DNA of 64,000 nucleotides from Candidatus Pacebacteria bacterium GW2011_GWA1_46_10 (GTDB taxonomy: Bacteria > Patescibacteriota > Microgenomatia > UBA1400 > PJMF01), in contig LCLP01000003.1 in assembly GCA_001002135.1 (NCBI GenBank), positions 41,198-105,197 of the forward strand. Direction: 5' to 3'. Below are positions 9,322 to 17,949 of the stretch, in pieces. Position 1 is the stretch's first letter. Every line of letters starts with the position of its first letter. A model generated the notes under the pieces. That model had not been told where the DNA came from, did not search any database, and was given only the letters and a program-made list of their open reading frames with translations. A program made the position numbers and the translations under genes.

Positions 9322-9352
9322 ACACCTCGTCTTTTCCCGAAAAACGAGGTGT
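9322..9352 (-). terminator. terminator hairpin after rpsR
   Basis: ACACCTCGT-N13-ACGAGGTGT 9-bp perfect stem 20 nt downstream of rpsR stop, followed on the minus strand by TTGTGGTATATT. Confidence 0.5.
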
Positions 9353-9371
9353 TGTTGTACTGCAAAACCGA

Positions 9372-9617
9372 CTACACGGTCTGCGTAAACGGTAGCATCG
9401 CTAGGTGTCGAGCGCGTTTCACGGCAGTCGCCAAGCGGCGTTGTTGCTTTTGTGATAAACCGGTCTTAGCCCGAGGCAGAATGCCACCCTGCTGGGAGAG
9501 GTATTTTTTCAGCTCCTCTGGTTTAGTATACGAAAACGTCAGGCTTTTGGGGGCCTTGGCCACGGGCTTGCGCTCATAGCGAGGTTTTCGTTCGTAGTCA
9601 GGTTTTTGATCGTACAT
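9372..9617 (-). CDS. rpsR: 30S ribosomal protein S18
   Basis: 81 aa; ..[24 protein letters not shown].. conserved S18 core. Confidence 0.9.
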   Translation of the reverse strand: MYDQKPDYERKPRYERKPVAKAPKSLTFSYTKPEELKKYLSQQGGILPRAKTGLSQKQQRRLATAVKRARHLAMLPFTQTV

Positions 9618-9628
9618 GTGTATTCCTT

Positions 9629-10162
9629 CTAGAATGGAATGTCGTCAGAAACGTCTTCGACTGACTCAACTGCCTCATCAGCCGGCAGTTCCTCTTTTAC
9701 TTCAGCTTTCTTGCCGCGTTTTTTGCCTTTGCCTTTTTTGCTATCATCAGTCGCCGTGTCATCGGTTGAACTGACGCCTGCGCTGTCATCGGCAGGCAGA
9801 TCGCTCACCGGCGCGCCATTCCCCCTACTGGACAACAACATCATGTTGTCGATGACGATCTCGGTAATCCGACGATCATCGCCTTGTTCGGTTTTCCAGT
9901 CACGGGTCTGGATCCTGCCTTCCACAAAGACCTTGTCGCCTTTGTGTAACAGTTGACCACAAATCTCGGCCAACTTGGCCCAAGCCACAATGTTATGGAA
10001 ATCCACCCGTTCTTGTTTCTCGCCGCCATCAGCGGAGGTCCAAGATCGATTGGTGGCAATGCCAAATGAACAGACTGCAGTGCCATTCGGGGTAAACCGC
10101 AAATTGGGATCCCGAGTTAAGTTGCCGATCAGCATGGCTTTATTGAGTGAGCGTGCTGCCAT
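9629..10162 (-). CDS. ssb: single-stranded DNA-binding protein
   Basis: 177 aa; OB-fold N-terminus ([18 protein letters not shown]..), Gly/Asp-rich linker, acidic C-terminal tip DDIPF. Confidence 0.9.
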   Translation of the reverse strand: MAARSLNKAMLIGNLTRDPNLRFTPNGTAVCSFGIATNRSWTSADGGEKQERVDFHNIVAWAKLAEICGQLLHKGDKVFVEGRIQTRDWKTEQGDDRRITEIVIDNMMLLSSRGNGAPVSDLPADDSAGVSSTDDTATDDSKKGKGKKRGKKAEVKEELPADEAVESVEDVSDDIPF

Positions 10163-10244
10163 ATATTCCTTTCGTCTCTTTGAGAGAGCGTGTTTTGTAC
10201 TGTTTTTGACTATACGGAGTCAGTCGAACAGTATCTGTAACACC

Positions 10245-10592
10245 TTACTCTTTTGCTACTGGTTCCTCCCTTAAAACTGCTTCTACAAAGAGATGACGAA
10301 TGAGGTCATTATCCAAATGCACATCGCGCTCAAACAGCGGCGCTTGGTCAGTGGGAAACTCTAATACTAAATGAAGATAGTAGGCTTCAGTGTGGGTCTT
10401 GCCACCCTTGCGTAACGCATACGCCAGGGTTTTCTTCCCCCAACTGTCCTCAGAAGTCATACTACCTTTGTGTTTCTTGACCAGACCCTGCACTGTTTCC
10501 TGAACTGTTTTCAGTTCGCTGTCAGTCATATTGCCCGGAGCTAAGTAGGTCAGCTCATAGGCTTTGGTCTTGGCTGTGGTCACCAGCTTCAT
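10245..10592 (-). CDS. rpsF: 30S ribosomal protein S6
   Basis: 115 aa; first gene of the rpsF-ssb-rpsR arrangement; S6 fold signature ..YELTYLAPGNMTDSE.. Confidence 0.9.
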   Translation of the reverse strand: MKLVTTAKTKAYELTYLAPGNMTDSELKTVQETVQGLVKKHKGSMTSEDSWGKKTLAYALRKGGKTHTEAYYLHLVLEFPTDQAPLFERDVHLDNDLIRHLFVEAVLREEPVAKE

Positions 10593-10664
10593 GAGATTCC
10601 TTTGCTGTGCCTCCCGATTGTATCGGGAGAAACCAAGTTATTGTTAAGTGGTGGTATTATACCA
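10593..10664 (-). promoter_or_regulatory. rpsF promoter (extended -10 TGGTATAAT) and leader hairpin UCUCCCGAUACAAUCGGGAGG immediately 5' of the SD
   Basis: Minus-strand TGGTATAAT (10664..10656); leader contains 20-nt perfect hairpin (10608-10627) then AAGGA-5nt-ATG. Confidence 0.5.
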
Positions 10665-10708
10665 GATAGGTTTTTTCTATTCTTTTATTAACCTTTATAA
10701 TTTAAACC

Positions 10709-11653
10709 GTGGTGTTAAAAAATCGTTTTCCTCGTCCACGTAAGCGAGTCATTGACCAAGTCACCATTTCCAAATTTCTAAAAACGATCAATTTCAAACC
10801 AACTCAAGTTTTTCAAGAATGGCGACACCTACTGGCTTTTGGTGAATACCAGGGAAAACCGGCTGTTTTCAAACTCGCTTCAACCCTGAAAACTGCTCGC
10901 TATACCCAAAACGAATACCGCTGGAATGAGGCGGTCAACGCTGTTCCCAACCGTTACCGCCAACATTTCAAGGTTCCCAGCAACTATGCTCAAGGTACTT
11001 GGCAGCGGCTGTTCTGGTTTATCGCTGATTGGTTTACCCAACGACCATTCATCGAACGTGACAGTTCAAACACTTCACTAATCGCGCAGAAATTGGCGCT
11101 CATTACCCAAGCCAATCGGGAAATCAGTCTTTTGCCTCTCCCAGATCAAAGTGAATTCATGCAACAGCGGCGCTCGGATGAACCAATTGGTGAACGCCTA
11201 TTCCGTTCCGCTCGTGAGTGGGTTGACCATACTCCAGAGAACTTGACCGAGTTTCTCAATATTATCAAAAACAGACGCCACAACCTCAAAACCTGTGTCA
11301 ACCACGGTGATTTCGCGCCACGGCAACTGTATGACTTGGGCAGTGCCGTTGGCATAATTGACGGTGAACATGCTGGCGCCTTCGGCCCACTCTATTACGA
11401 CGTGGCCTATTTTTATATTCGCTTGCGCAACGATCATGACGCTCCAGAGTTAGCCCGCCAATACCTCAAGAAGTACCAAAAACTACTGCCTGCAACCGAG
11501 CAGAAAAGTTTCTGGTCAGAACTTAAACCGGTTTTATGCCAACGATATATTGGTGATTTGTGGGGCGACAGTCGCCACAAGCGAAAAGATCCGGTTAAAA
11601 TGAAAAAACTGTATCAACTGGGTCAAACAATTTTACAAGACACGGTTATTTAA
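10709..11653 (+). CDS. phosphotransferase family protein (APH/choline-kinase-like fold)
   Basis: 314 aa; catalytic-loop-like VNHGDFAPRQL and IIDGEHAG (IDxExxG) motifs of the aminoglycoside-phosphotransferase/protein-kinase-like superfamily. Confidence 0.6.
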   Translation: MVLKNRFPRPRKRVIDQVTISKFLKTINFKPTQVFQEWRHLLAFGEYQGKPAVFKLASTLKTARYTQNEYRWNEAVNAVPNRYRQHFKVPSNYAQGTWQRLFWFIADWFTQRPFIERDSSNTSLIAQKLALITQANREISLLPLPDQSEFMQQRRSDEPIGERLFRSAREWVDHTPENLTEFLNIIKNRRHNLKTCVNHGDFAPRQLYDLGSAVGIIDGEHAGAFGPLYYDVAYFYIRLRNDHDAPELARQYLKKYQKLLPATEQKSFWSELKPVLCQRYIGDLWGDSRHKRKDPVKMKKLYQLGQTILQDTVI

Positions 11654-11664
11654 TTGTTAGCCTA

Positions 11665-12759
11665 CTATTTGCCAATCGCAAACTCCACTACGTCACCTTC
11701 CCGCATTACGTAATCACGGCCTTCCTGGCGGATTTTACCTACTTCCTTAAGGCCATTCCAACCTTTGTATTGCACAAAATCCTCAAAACTGGCAACACGG
11801 GCCATAATAAAGTGTTTTGCAAAATCGGTGTGAATGACGCCGGCGGCCTGTGGCGCGGTGGTGCCTTGGCGAATGGTCCAGGCCCGGACTTCTTTCTCGC
11901 CGGCAGTGAGAAAGCTTTGCAGATGCAGGGTGTGATAAGCCACCGCGGCCAAGCGTGCCAAACCACTCTGTTTCAGGCCTAGCTGCTTGAGGTATTCAAC
12001 CTGGTCATCGGTCGACAATGCCGCGATTTCACTTTCAATCTTGGCGCTGATGATAACTATCTGACTGGGGTCAACGCCAAGCTTACTCCCCCACTCGCTC
12101 AAGCGGCCAAGTTCATTTTTCAAGTCGTTTTCACCGACATTAATGACGTAAATCTCCGGTTTAGCGGTCAATAAATTGAGTTCACGGGCGATTTGGTTGG
12201 CCATTTTACTATCCCCATAGTGCGATATATCAAAAATGATATTCCTTCCAGCCTGGAGGGTTTTTAAAAACTTTTCAATATACTCCCAGCGAATAAACGC
12301 CTCTTTTTCTACTCCCCCTTTCGGTGGTTTCTGTTTCTCTAATGTAGCTAAATCAGCTAGCTGCAACTCAGTTCTGATCGCGACCAAGTCCTCTGCCGGC
12401 GAAACTGCCCCTTCCCGTACCACGTTTTCATCATGAAAAGCCCGCAACACATGGCAAATGGCGTCGGTTTCTCGGATGTGGGAGAGAAATTGATTGCCCA
12501 AACCAGCGCCCTTGCTGGCGCCGCGCACCAGTCCGGCAATGTCGACGAACTCAACCGTCGCCGGCTTAATGACACTCGTGCCAACCAGCTTAGCTAGTAC
12601 CGCCAACCGGGCATCCGGTACCTCGGCAATCCCCGTGTTTGGCTCAATGGTGGCAAACGGATAATTGGCCGCCAGCGCCACTTGCTTTTGCAAGAGCGCG
12701 TTAAACAACGTGGATTTGCCAACGTTGGGAAAACCAACAATGCCAACTGCAAGATTCAT
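11665..12759 (-). CDS. ychF: ribosome-binding ATPase YchF
   Basis: 364 aa; P-loop GIVGFPNVGKST, TGS C-terminal domain; Obg-family GTPase layout. Confidence 0.9.
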   Translation of the reverse strand: MNLAVGIVGFPNVGKSTLFNALLQKQVALAANYPFATIEPNTGIAEVPDARLAVLAKLVGTSVIKPATVEFVDIAGLVRGASKGAGLGNQFLSHIRETDAICHVLRAFHDENVVREGAVSPAEDLVAIRTELQLADLATLEKQKPPKGGVEKEAFIRWEYIEKFLKTLQAGRNIIFDISHYGDSKMANQIARELNLLTAKPEIYVINVGENDLKNELGRLSEWGSKLGVDPSQIVIISAKIESEIAALSTDDQVEYLKQLGLKQSGLARLAAVAYHTLHLQSFLTAGEKEVRAWTIRQGTTAPQAAGVIHTDFAKHFIMARVASFEDFVQYKGWNGLKEVGKIRQEGRDYVMREGDVVEFAIGK

Positions 12760-12858
12760 GAGTAGGATTATAAATCAAGTTTCTCCAGCACCACCCGGCA
12801 AGCGCTGTTGAACGATAAACCATCTTTCAAATGAAACTAAAAAAGACATCAATTGTCT

Positions 12859-13596
12859 TTAACGCTTAGCCGCTAGCCTTCTAAGATTTGCTGCTAAGCG
12901 CCGCAGGAAAGTTTTATGTGCCGGTGTATAGTTTTTTCGCTCCAAAAAATCATCGATGCCAGGCAGAAGAGCTTTTACTTGCTCAATTCGCTCTAATTTT
13001 TCTGCTTTCGAAAGTCTGACAATACGAGTAGTAATACCATGTAAAGTGGTGGGATTATTCAAAATGTCACCAAAGACAAGAAAAGGATTAAATTTTAAAA
13101 CAGAGTAATAGTTTTTTTCCGAAAATCTATAATGACTACTAACTCTTAAAAAGAAAAGCAATTCATCTACTGAAAAGCTAAGCAAACGAGGAAAGTTTTC
13201 GACGAACGCCACCGGTTCATAATCAAGATTAAGTACCTTATTAATCACCCTTACCAGTCTAAGGTATTTCCTCACTCTGCCAATGTTATACCCTGCAAAT
13301 TGTGGAAATTCCGTAATTAAAGAAACAAGGTCATTGAAACCAGCTCCTTTTAAGTCTCCAACCACCCTCTTGATATCGAGAGCTATAAGGTTGGGAAATC
13401 TTTCAATCAATGAGGTGGGATCACCAAAACCAGCTTCTGTTAATAAACTTAGCTTTAACTCAAGTGTTTCCTCATTTTTGAAACGCTCCCGAAGGTAACG
13501 TTGCGTTTTCTCACTAAACTGAGAAAACGTGGACGATTGTGGTTCTTCTTCTGTTGATCCTGAGGTAAACTGCTTACTAGATTCGTTTTCTGACAC
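12859..13596 (-). CDS. hypothetical protein with tandem ~33-aa helical repeats (mTERF-like)
   Basis: 245 aa; repeats LSLLTEAGFGDPTSLIERFPNLIALDIKR / LKGAGFNDLVSLITEFPQFAGYNIGR / ...FVENFPRLLSFSVDELLFFL; region visibly AT-richer than flanks. Confidence 0.55.
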   Translation of the reverse strand: MSENESSKQFTSGSTEEEPQSSTFSQFSEKTQRYLRERFKNEETLELKLSLLTEAGFGDPTSLIERFPNLIALDIKRVVGDLKGAGFNDLVSLITEFPQFAGYNIGRVRKYLRLVRVINKVLNLDYEPVAFVENFPRLLSFSVDELLFFLRVSSHYRFSEKNYYSVLKFNPFLVFGDILNNPTTLHGITTRIVRLSKAEKLERIEQVKALLPGIDDFLERKNYTPAHKTFLRRLAANLRRLAAKR

Positions 13597-13708
13597 AGTA
13601 ACTCATTGTACATTAAAACCCTTACTTCGGGAAAAAAATGACCACCATTATTGACCAAACAAATCGAGACTGGTGCAACTTCCTAGTCAGTGAGTATACT
13701 GATGCAGT

Positions 13709-14245
13709 GTGACAGTTATCGAGTGGCTGGTGATCATCATTCTCAGTTTATTGTTGGCCGTAATTTGCCTTATTTTCGGGTACCAAATCTCATTTCTAAT
13801 TCCAATGTTTCACGGGCCGGTGTTTGTCCCCAGTGCCGACGATAAATTGGCAACGATGCTCTCCCTCCCCAAGTTGACTAAGCGCTCAAAAGTGATTGAT
13901 CTTGGTTCCGGCGACGGCAAGGTGTTGATTGCCCTGGCCGAAAAATTCGGCTTGCAGGGTGTTGGTGTCGAGATTAACGGTATTCTCGTTCGCCGCAGCC
14001 GCCGAAACATTGCTCGGGCAGGACTAACCAAAAAATTGACAATTCTCAAACAGAGTTTTTGGGACATCGACCTTTCTCAGTACGACGTGGTGTTTTTTTA
14101 TGGTACCAGCTATGTAATGCGCAGACTTGAGAAAAAAGTAAAAAAGGAGATGAAAAAAGGTTCGCAGTTCGTATCTAATTATTTTCAATTCCCCACTCTC
14201 AAACCAGTCAAAACCGTCAATGACGTGCGATTGTATCGACTTTAA
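13709..14245 (+). CDS. class I SAM-dependent methyltransferase with N-terminal TM helix
   Basis: 178 aa; motif I VIDLGSGDGKVLIALAEKFG, post-I acidic residue (GVEIN); N-terminal hydrophobic segment WLVIIILSLLLAVICLIF. Confidence 0.7.
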   Translation: MTVIEWLVIIILSLLLAVICLIFGYQISFLIPMFHGPVFVPSADDKLATMLSLPKLTKRSKVIDLGSGDGKVLIALAEKFGLQGVGVEINGILVRRSRRNIARAGLTKKLTILKQSFWDIDLSQYDVVFFYGTSYVMRRLEKKVKKEMKKGSQFVSNYFQFPTLKPVKTVNDVRLYRL

Positions 14246-14267
14246 ATTGTTCTTACAAAATTGATTT

Positions 14268-14606
14268 TTGGTGTGTATAATCGTGTGTATGAAAAAGCGA
14301 GCGACCTACAAAATTACTCCCCAGCAAGCGCTCGAACTGCGCGACATGGCTGAGGCCGCTCAGTATCATGCCTTACCTACTGATACACGCATCCAAGTCA
14401 AAATGCCCAAAGCCGTGGTAAAAACTCTCGATGCCCTATTTCCAGATGTAAACCGGAGTCAACTGCTGACGAAATTAGCCCTCGACGCCATTGTGCGAAA
14501 ACTGCGGTTTATTGATAACCCAGAATTGGATATGTTGGTGGACAGCGAGCAATCAGATCTGGATGATTTATGGGAGTACCTAGAGGAAAGAGAGCGAAAT
14601 GTATAA
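14268..14606 (+). CDS. putative antitoxin of MazEF/PemIK-like module
   Basis: ~106-112 aa, acidic C-terminus (DSEQSDLDDLWEYLEERE), stop overlaps toxin ATG by 8 nt; probable true start MKKRATYK at 14289. Confidence 0.5.
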   Translation: MVCIIVCMKKRATYKITPQQALELRDMAEAAQYHALPTDTRIQVKMPKAVVKTLDALFPDVNRSQLLTKLALDAIVRKLRFIDNPELDMLVDSEQSDLDDLWEYLEERERNV

Positions 14607-14931
14607 AGCTGGTCAAGTGTTGCTGATCAAATTCCATCCCAGTTCTGGTAACGAACTGAAAAAATACCGACCAGCAATAGTCGTCAGTGATGTCGCTCAA
14701 AATGCCGACAAACGCTTTGTCCTTATTTCGCCATTAAGTACTCGCCAACCACGCAAAAAAAACTCCTTAGAAATAGAGCTTACTGACGTTAATTTTTTAA
14801 GAGAAAAAAGCTACACCATGCTGTGGTACTTGAGAACTCTTGACACCAGACGCGTGAAATTTGTGCTTGGTTCTCTGCCACCGAAAACAATGAAAACTAT
14901 CCAAAAACGACTGCAAAAAATGTTTACCTAA
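14599..14931 (+). CDS. MazF/PemK-family toxin (mRNA interferase)
   Basis: 110 aa; MYKAGQVLLIKFHPSSGNELKKYRPAIVVSDV...FVLISPLST matches PemK/MazF SH3-like fold N-terminus (GD/Q-VxxVxF...KxRPxVVVS). Confidence 0.75.
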   Translation: MYKAGQVLLIKFHPSSGNELKKYRPAIVVSDVAQNADKRFVLISPLSTRQPRKKNSLEIELTDVNFLREKSYTMLWYLRTLDTRRVKFVLGSLPPKTMKTIQKRLQKMFT

Positions 14932-14946
14932 ACTTACTTGGCCAGC

Positions 14947-15153
14947 TTATGTAACACCACCTGATTGACCAGCAACAGTGTGAGAGTTTTCTTCCAGCTT
15001 TTTAATCGGTGCGGCAATTACAATTCTCTCTGCCGCTATCCTAGCTGTTTCTAACTCCTCACTCGCCTCCTGCAGCGCTTGATTGTATGCATCAGCAACT
15101 GCTCGTGACGGTCGCGAGTTCCCTAGTTCTGGATTTGGTTTTCGACCAAACAT
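14947..15153 (-). CDS. small hypothetical protein
   Basis: 68-aa ORF convergent with the toxin gene; no motif recognised. Confidence 0.3.
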   Translation of the reverse strand: MFGRKPNPELGNSRPSRAVADAYNQALQEASEELETARIAAERIVIAAPIKKLEENSHTVAGQSGGVT

Positions 15154-15224
15154 GTTTATTACTATACATCAAAATAGTTCAAAGTAAAGCAAAAATTCTG
15201 TTTTTGATCACTTTATTACAAAGT

Positions 15225-16205
15225 TTACTTATAGTCTGCAACCACTTTTTTCAAGACAGTTAGCTGCTCTTCTGTACCAATGGAAATTCGCACAAACGAC
15301 TCGTCCAAACCAATATTGCTGTTGCCATTACCATGACTAATGACAAAGTGATTTTGTTTTAAAAACTCTGCAAAGCGCGTGCCCTTTTCTTTAGAAGAAA
15401 AAGTAATTAATACCGCGTTAATCCTTGAAGGCAGTAAAGCAAAACCTTTTTCCTCAAGAAATTTGGCTAAATCCTCTCGCCTACTATTAAGATCCTCCCT
15501 GATTTCCTTAAAATATGCTTCATGATCTAAGACAACCATCGCCGCCCCAACTGATAAATACGACACATTGGCCCACTGGGTTTTGTTTTTCACCACATTA
15601 ATAATGTTTGGGTGCGCAACGAAATACCCGATCCTATTACCAGCCATGGCGTAATCTTTAGAAAAACTTCTAAAGACTGCCAGGTGTGAATACTTTTGCA
15701 CTTGATCCATTACCGATAATTCAGGCGCAAATTCACTGTAGGCTTCATCAACACAAACAATTGCTTGAGAGTTATTTTCAATCAGCTCAATCACCTTTTC
15801 TTTTGAGGTAAAACCAGAGGGATTATTGGGGTTTGCCAAGTAAATCAGGCTAGCGTCAGCAATCTTGCCGGTTGGAATAACATACTGATCATTTTTTACA
15901 ACATTAATCCGCGTCAACTTGCCACCAAATTCCTCTACATCTTTGTAAACGCTATACGTTGGCGTAAAAACATACGCATTACTGCCATACGCCAGGGCAA
16001 AAATCTGGATAGTTTCATCCGTGCCAGCGGTTAAGTAAACCATTTCCCTGGGAACGTGATGTTTTTTGGCTAGTTTCTCAATCAATTCTGGTGGTTGTGG
16101 TCGATAGGTATTCGCGCCGGCGGAATAGTGCTTGAGACCTTCATAAATAAAATCAGGTAAAGGGGTCTTGATTGTGGTGTATTGGAGATTTATTTCATCA
16201 GGCAT
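15225..16205 (-). CDS. PLP-dependent aminotransferase, class I/II (HisC/CobD-like)
   Basis: 326 aa; ..YLANPNNPSGF.. and ..VFRSFSKDYAMAGNRIGY.. (SxSK PLP-lysine motif) typical of histidinol-phosphate aminotransferase family. Confidence 0.8.
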   Translation of the reverse strand: MPDEINLQYTTIKTPLPDFIYEGLKHYSAGANTYRPQPPELIEKLAKKHHVPREMVYLTAGTDETIQIFALAYGSNAYVFTPTYSVYKDVEEFGGKLTRINVVKNDQYVIPTGKIADASLIYLANPNNPSGFTSKEKVIELIENNSQAIVCVDEAYSEFAPELSVMDQVQKYSHLAVFRSFSKDYAMAGNRIGYFVAHPNIINVVKNKTQWANVSYLSVGAAMVVLDHEAYFKEIREDLNSRREDLAKFLEEKGFALLPSRINAVLITFSSKEKGTRFAEFLKQNHFVISHGNGNSNIGLDESFVRISIGTEEQLTVLKKVVADYK

Positions 16206-16249
16206 GATGTTACGTGCATTTTAGCAGATAGTCAGTTTATACTTTTGGT

Positions 16250-16711
16250 ATGGATCCGTTTATTGCCAAATGGTTGCTTTCACTACTTGTCGGTATCGTT
16301 TGGGTAGCGGTTGCCACCACAATTGCTGAGCGGGTGAGTGGTAAATTGGGTGGTTTAATCGTTGGGTTACCTTCCACCGCCGTAGTCAGCCTGCTTTTTA
16401 TTGGTTTAACCCAAGGCGTTCCTGCCGCGATGACGGCCGCGGTCATCATGCCATACAGTAGTGGTTTATACTGCACTTTTTTTCTAACATATTTATGGCT
16501 CACAAAAAAGAGTTTTAGTGTCGGACTCATTTTTTCACTGATTATCTGGCTTCTTTTCGCCAGCTTGGCCGCTGCTTTCCCAGTCAGGGATATTTATCTT
16601 TCTGCTTTTGTTTGGTTGGTATTAGTTACTCTAAGTATTGTTTATGCTGTTAAAAAACTGCCAATCAATCATCAACTCATTCCAGCCAAAATTGTCAAAA
16701 CACCACTGTGA
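16250..16711 (+). CDS. membrane protein (4-5 TM), N-terminal part of a possibly interrupted gene
   Basis: 153 aa hydrophobic; ends at TGA 16709-16711; same frame as next ORF. Confidence 0.5.
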   Translation: MDPFIAKWLLSLLVGIVWVAVATTIAERVSGKLGGLIVGLPSTAVVSLLFIGLTQGVPAAMTAAVIMPYSSGLYCTFFLTYLWLTKKSFSVGLIFSLIIWLLFASLAAAFPVRDIYLSAFVWLVLVTLSIVYAVKKLPINHQLIPAKIVKTPL

Positions 16712-16735
16712 CTTAAAGCCACATTAAGCGGTGCG

Positions 16736-17044
16736 GTGATCAGCGCCATCGTGTTGATCAGTAAACTAGCTGGACCCACTTGGGGTGGTATCTTCGGCAC
16801 CTTCCTCGCCCTAACTGTTTCTACTTTCTTGGTCACTATTAAATCAGGCGGCACAGAATTCACCAGGCTCATTGCCAAAAATGTTCTTATTAGCACCACT
16901 ACTACTATTGGGATATATGCCATTTTGAATTACTTCTTGCTGCCAGCGTTTGGCATTATCTTAAGCACGATATTGGCTTACATCGGCTTACTACTCATCA
17001 GCCTGCCACTGTATTTTGGGGTGTTTGAAAAAATCAAAGATTAG
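16736..17044 (+). CDS. membrane protein (3 TM), same frame as preceding ORF
   Basis: 102 aa from GTG; only one in-frame TGA separates it from 16250..16711. Confidence 0.45.
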   Translation: MISAIVLISKLAGPTWGGIFGTFLALTVSTFLVTIKSGGTEFTRLIAKNVLISTTTTIGIYAILNYFLLPAFGIILSTILAYIGLLLISLPLYFGVFEKIKD

Positions 17045-17242
17045 TTAATCGATCTAAATATTTATATCGATCAGTTTGCGAGCCGCCGCGACATACTCTT
17101 GCCCATCATGCCCTCTGGACAAATCTTTTAAAACCTTCACTTCGTACCCTAAATCAAACGCTTCATACGCCGAGGCCAGCACACAGGCATCGGTGTCAAT
17201 GCCACACAAAAGGAGTTTACTTACTTGATTGTTTTGGGGAAA

Positions 17243-17890
17243 CTATTCCGATTGATTCTGCCTGTGAAACAAAATATCAAATAAAATAATGGTGTCGGTT
17301 TGAGGATCGTAAGCCATATTGACCGGGCCATAGTCATAAAAACCAGCTTGCTCAAGTTGTCGGGCGATCTCATTTACCCTACTTCCCAAATCTTTAACAT
17401 GTTTTTGGAGTGCAGTATTATCAGCAGTTTGTTGACTGGTTTCCGCCAGTTCTCTCAGATAAGTGTTTAAATTCTTAACCAAACGATCATCCCACTCGGC
17501 CACAAAGTAATTTTCATTCCAGCTAGTAAAAGCCAGTTGAAAATTCACTACTTCCACTTTGGGATTATCCTTGTACATTTCCTTCAGTCGAGCCAAAGCC
17601 CGAAACTCTTCCAAATTCTCTCCCGTCATAATATGGCGCCGAACTTTCACAAAAAAGCTTTTATCTGCCAAAGTCACCTTAAAATACGGGGACGGCTGTA
17701 CTTTCTCCACCACAATGCCAGATTCCTCTGCTCGTGCGCCCTTTTTATCATGTAGTAAAGCCTTAATCATCACCCGCACTTTTGTCAGTGTACCAGGATG
17801 ATCCCCAACAAAACTTTTAAACTCAGCGGTATAAGCCAACTGCCTGCTAATGCTTTCTTTACTGGTGATTTCTGATTGGTCTGGCGACAT
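17243..17890 (-). CDS. hypothetical protein
   Basis: 215-aa ORF, no confident family assignment. Confidence 0.5.
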   Translation of the reverse strand: MSPDQSEITSKESISRQLAYTAEFKSFVGDHPGTLTKVRVMIKALLHDKKGARAEESGIVVEKVQPSPYFKVTLADKSFFVKVRRHIMTGENLEEFRALARLKEMYKDNPKVEVVNFQLAFTSWNENYFVAEWDDRLVKNLNTYLRELAETSQQTADNTALQKHVKDLGSRVNEIARQLEQAGFYDYGPVNMAYDPQTDTIILFDILFHRQNQSE

Positions 17891-17949
17891 CAGGAAAATT
17901 ATACAAGGAAAATTGCCTCACCGCTCCTTCACGCCTACAATGGAAAGAA

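Noticed and set aside
9052-9579. 175-aa plus-strand ORF (and overlapping 66-76-aa ORFs) filling the glmS-rpsR intergenic region
   Set aside because: No RBS, Ser/Arg/Pro-rich translation of a GC-rich structured region, overlaps the rpsR coding sequence on the other strand. Interpreted as the glmS leader RNA rather than a protein gene.
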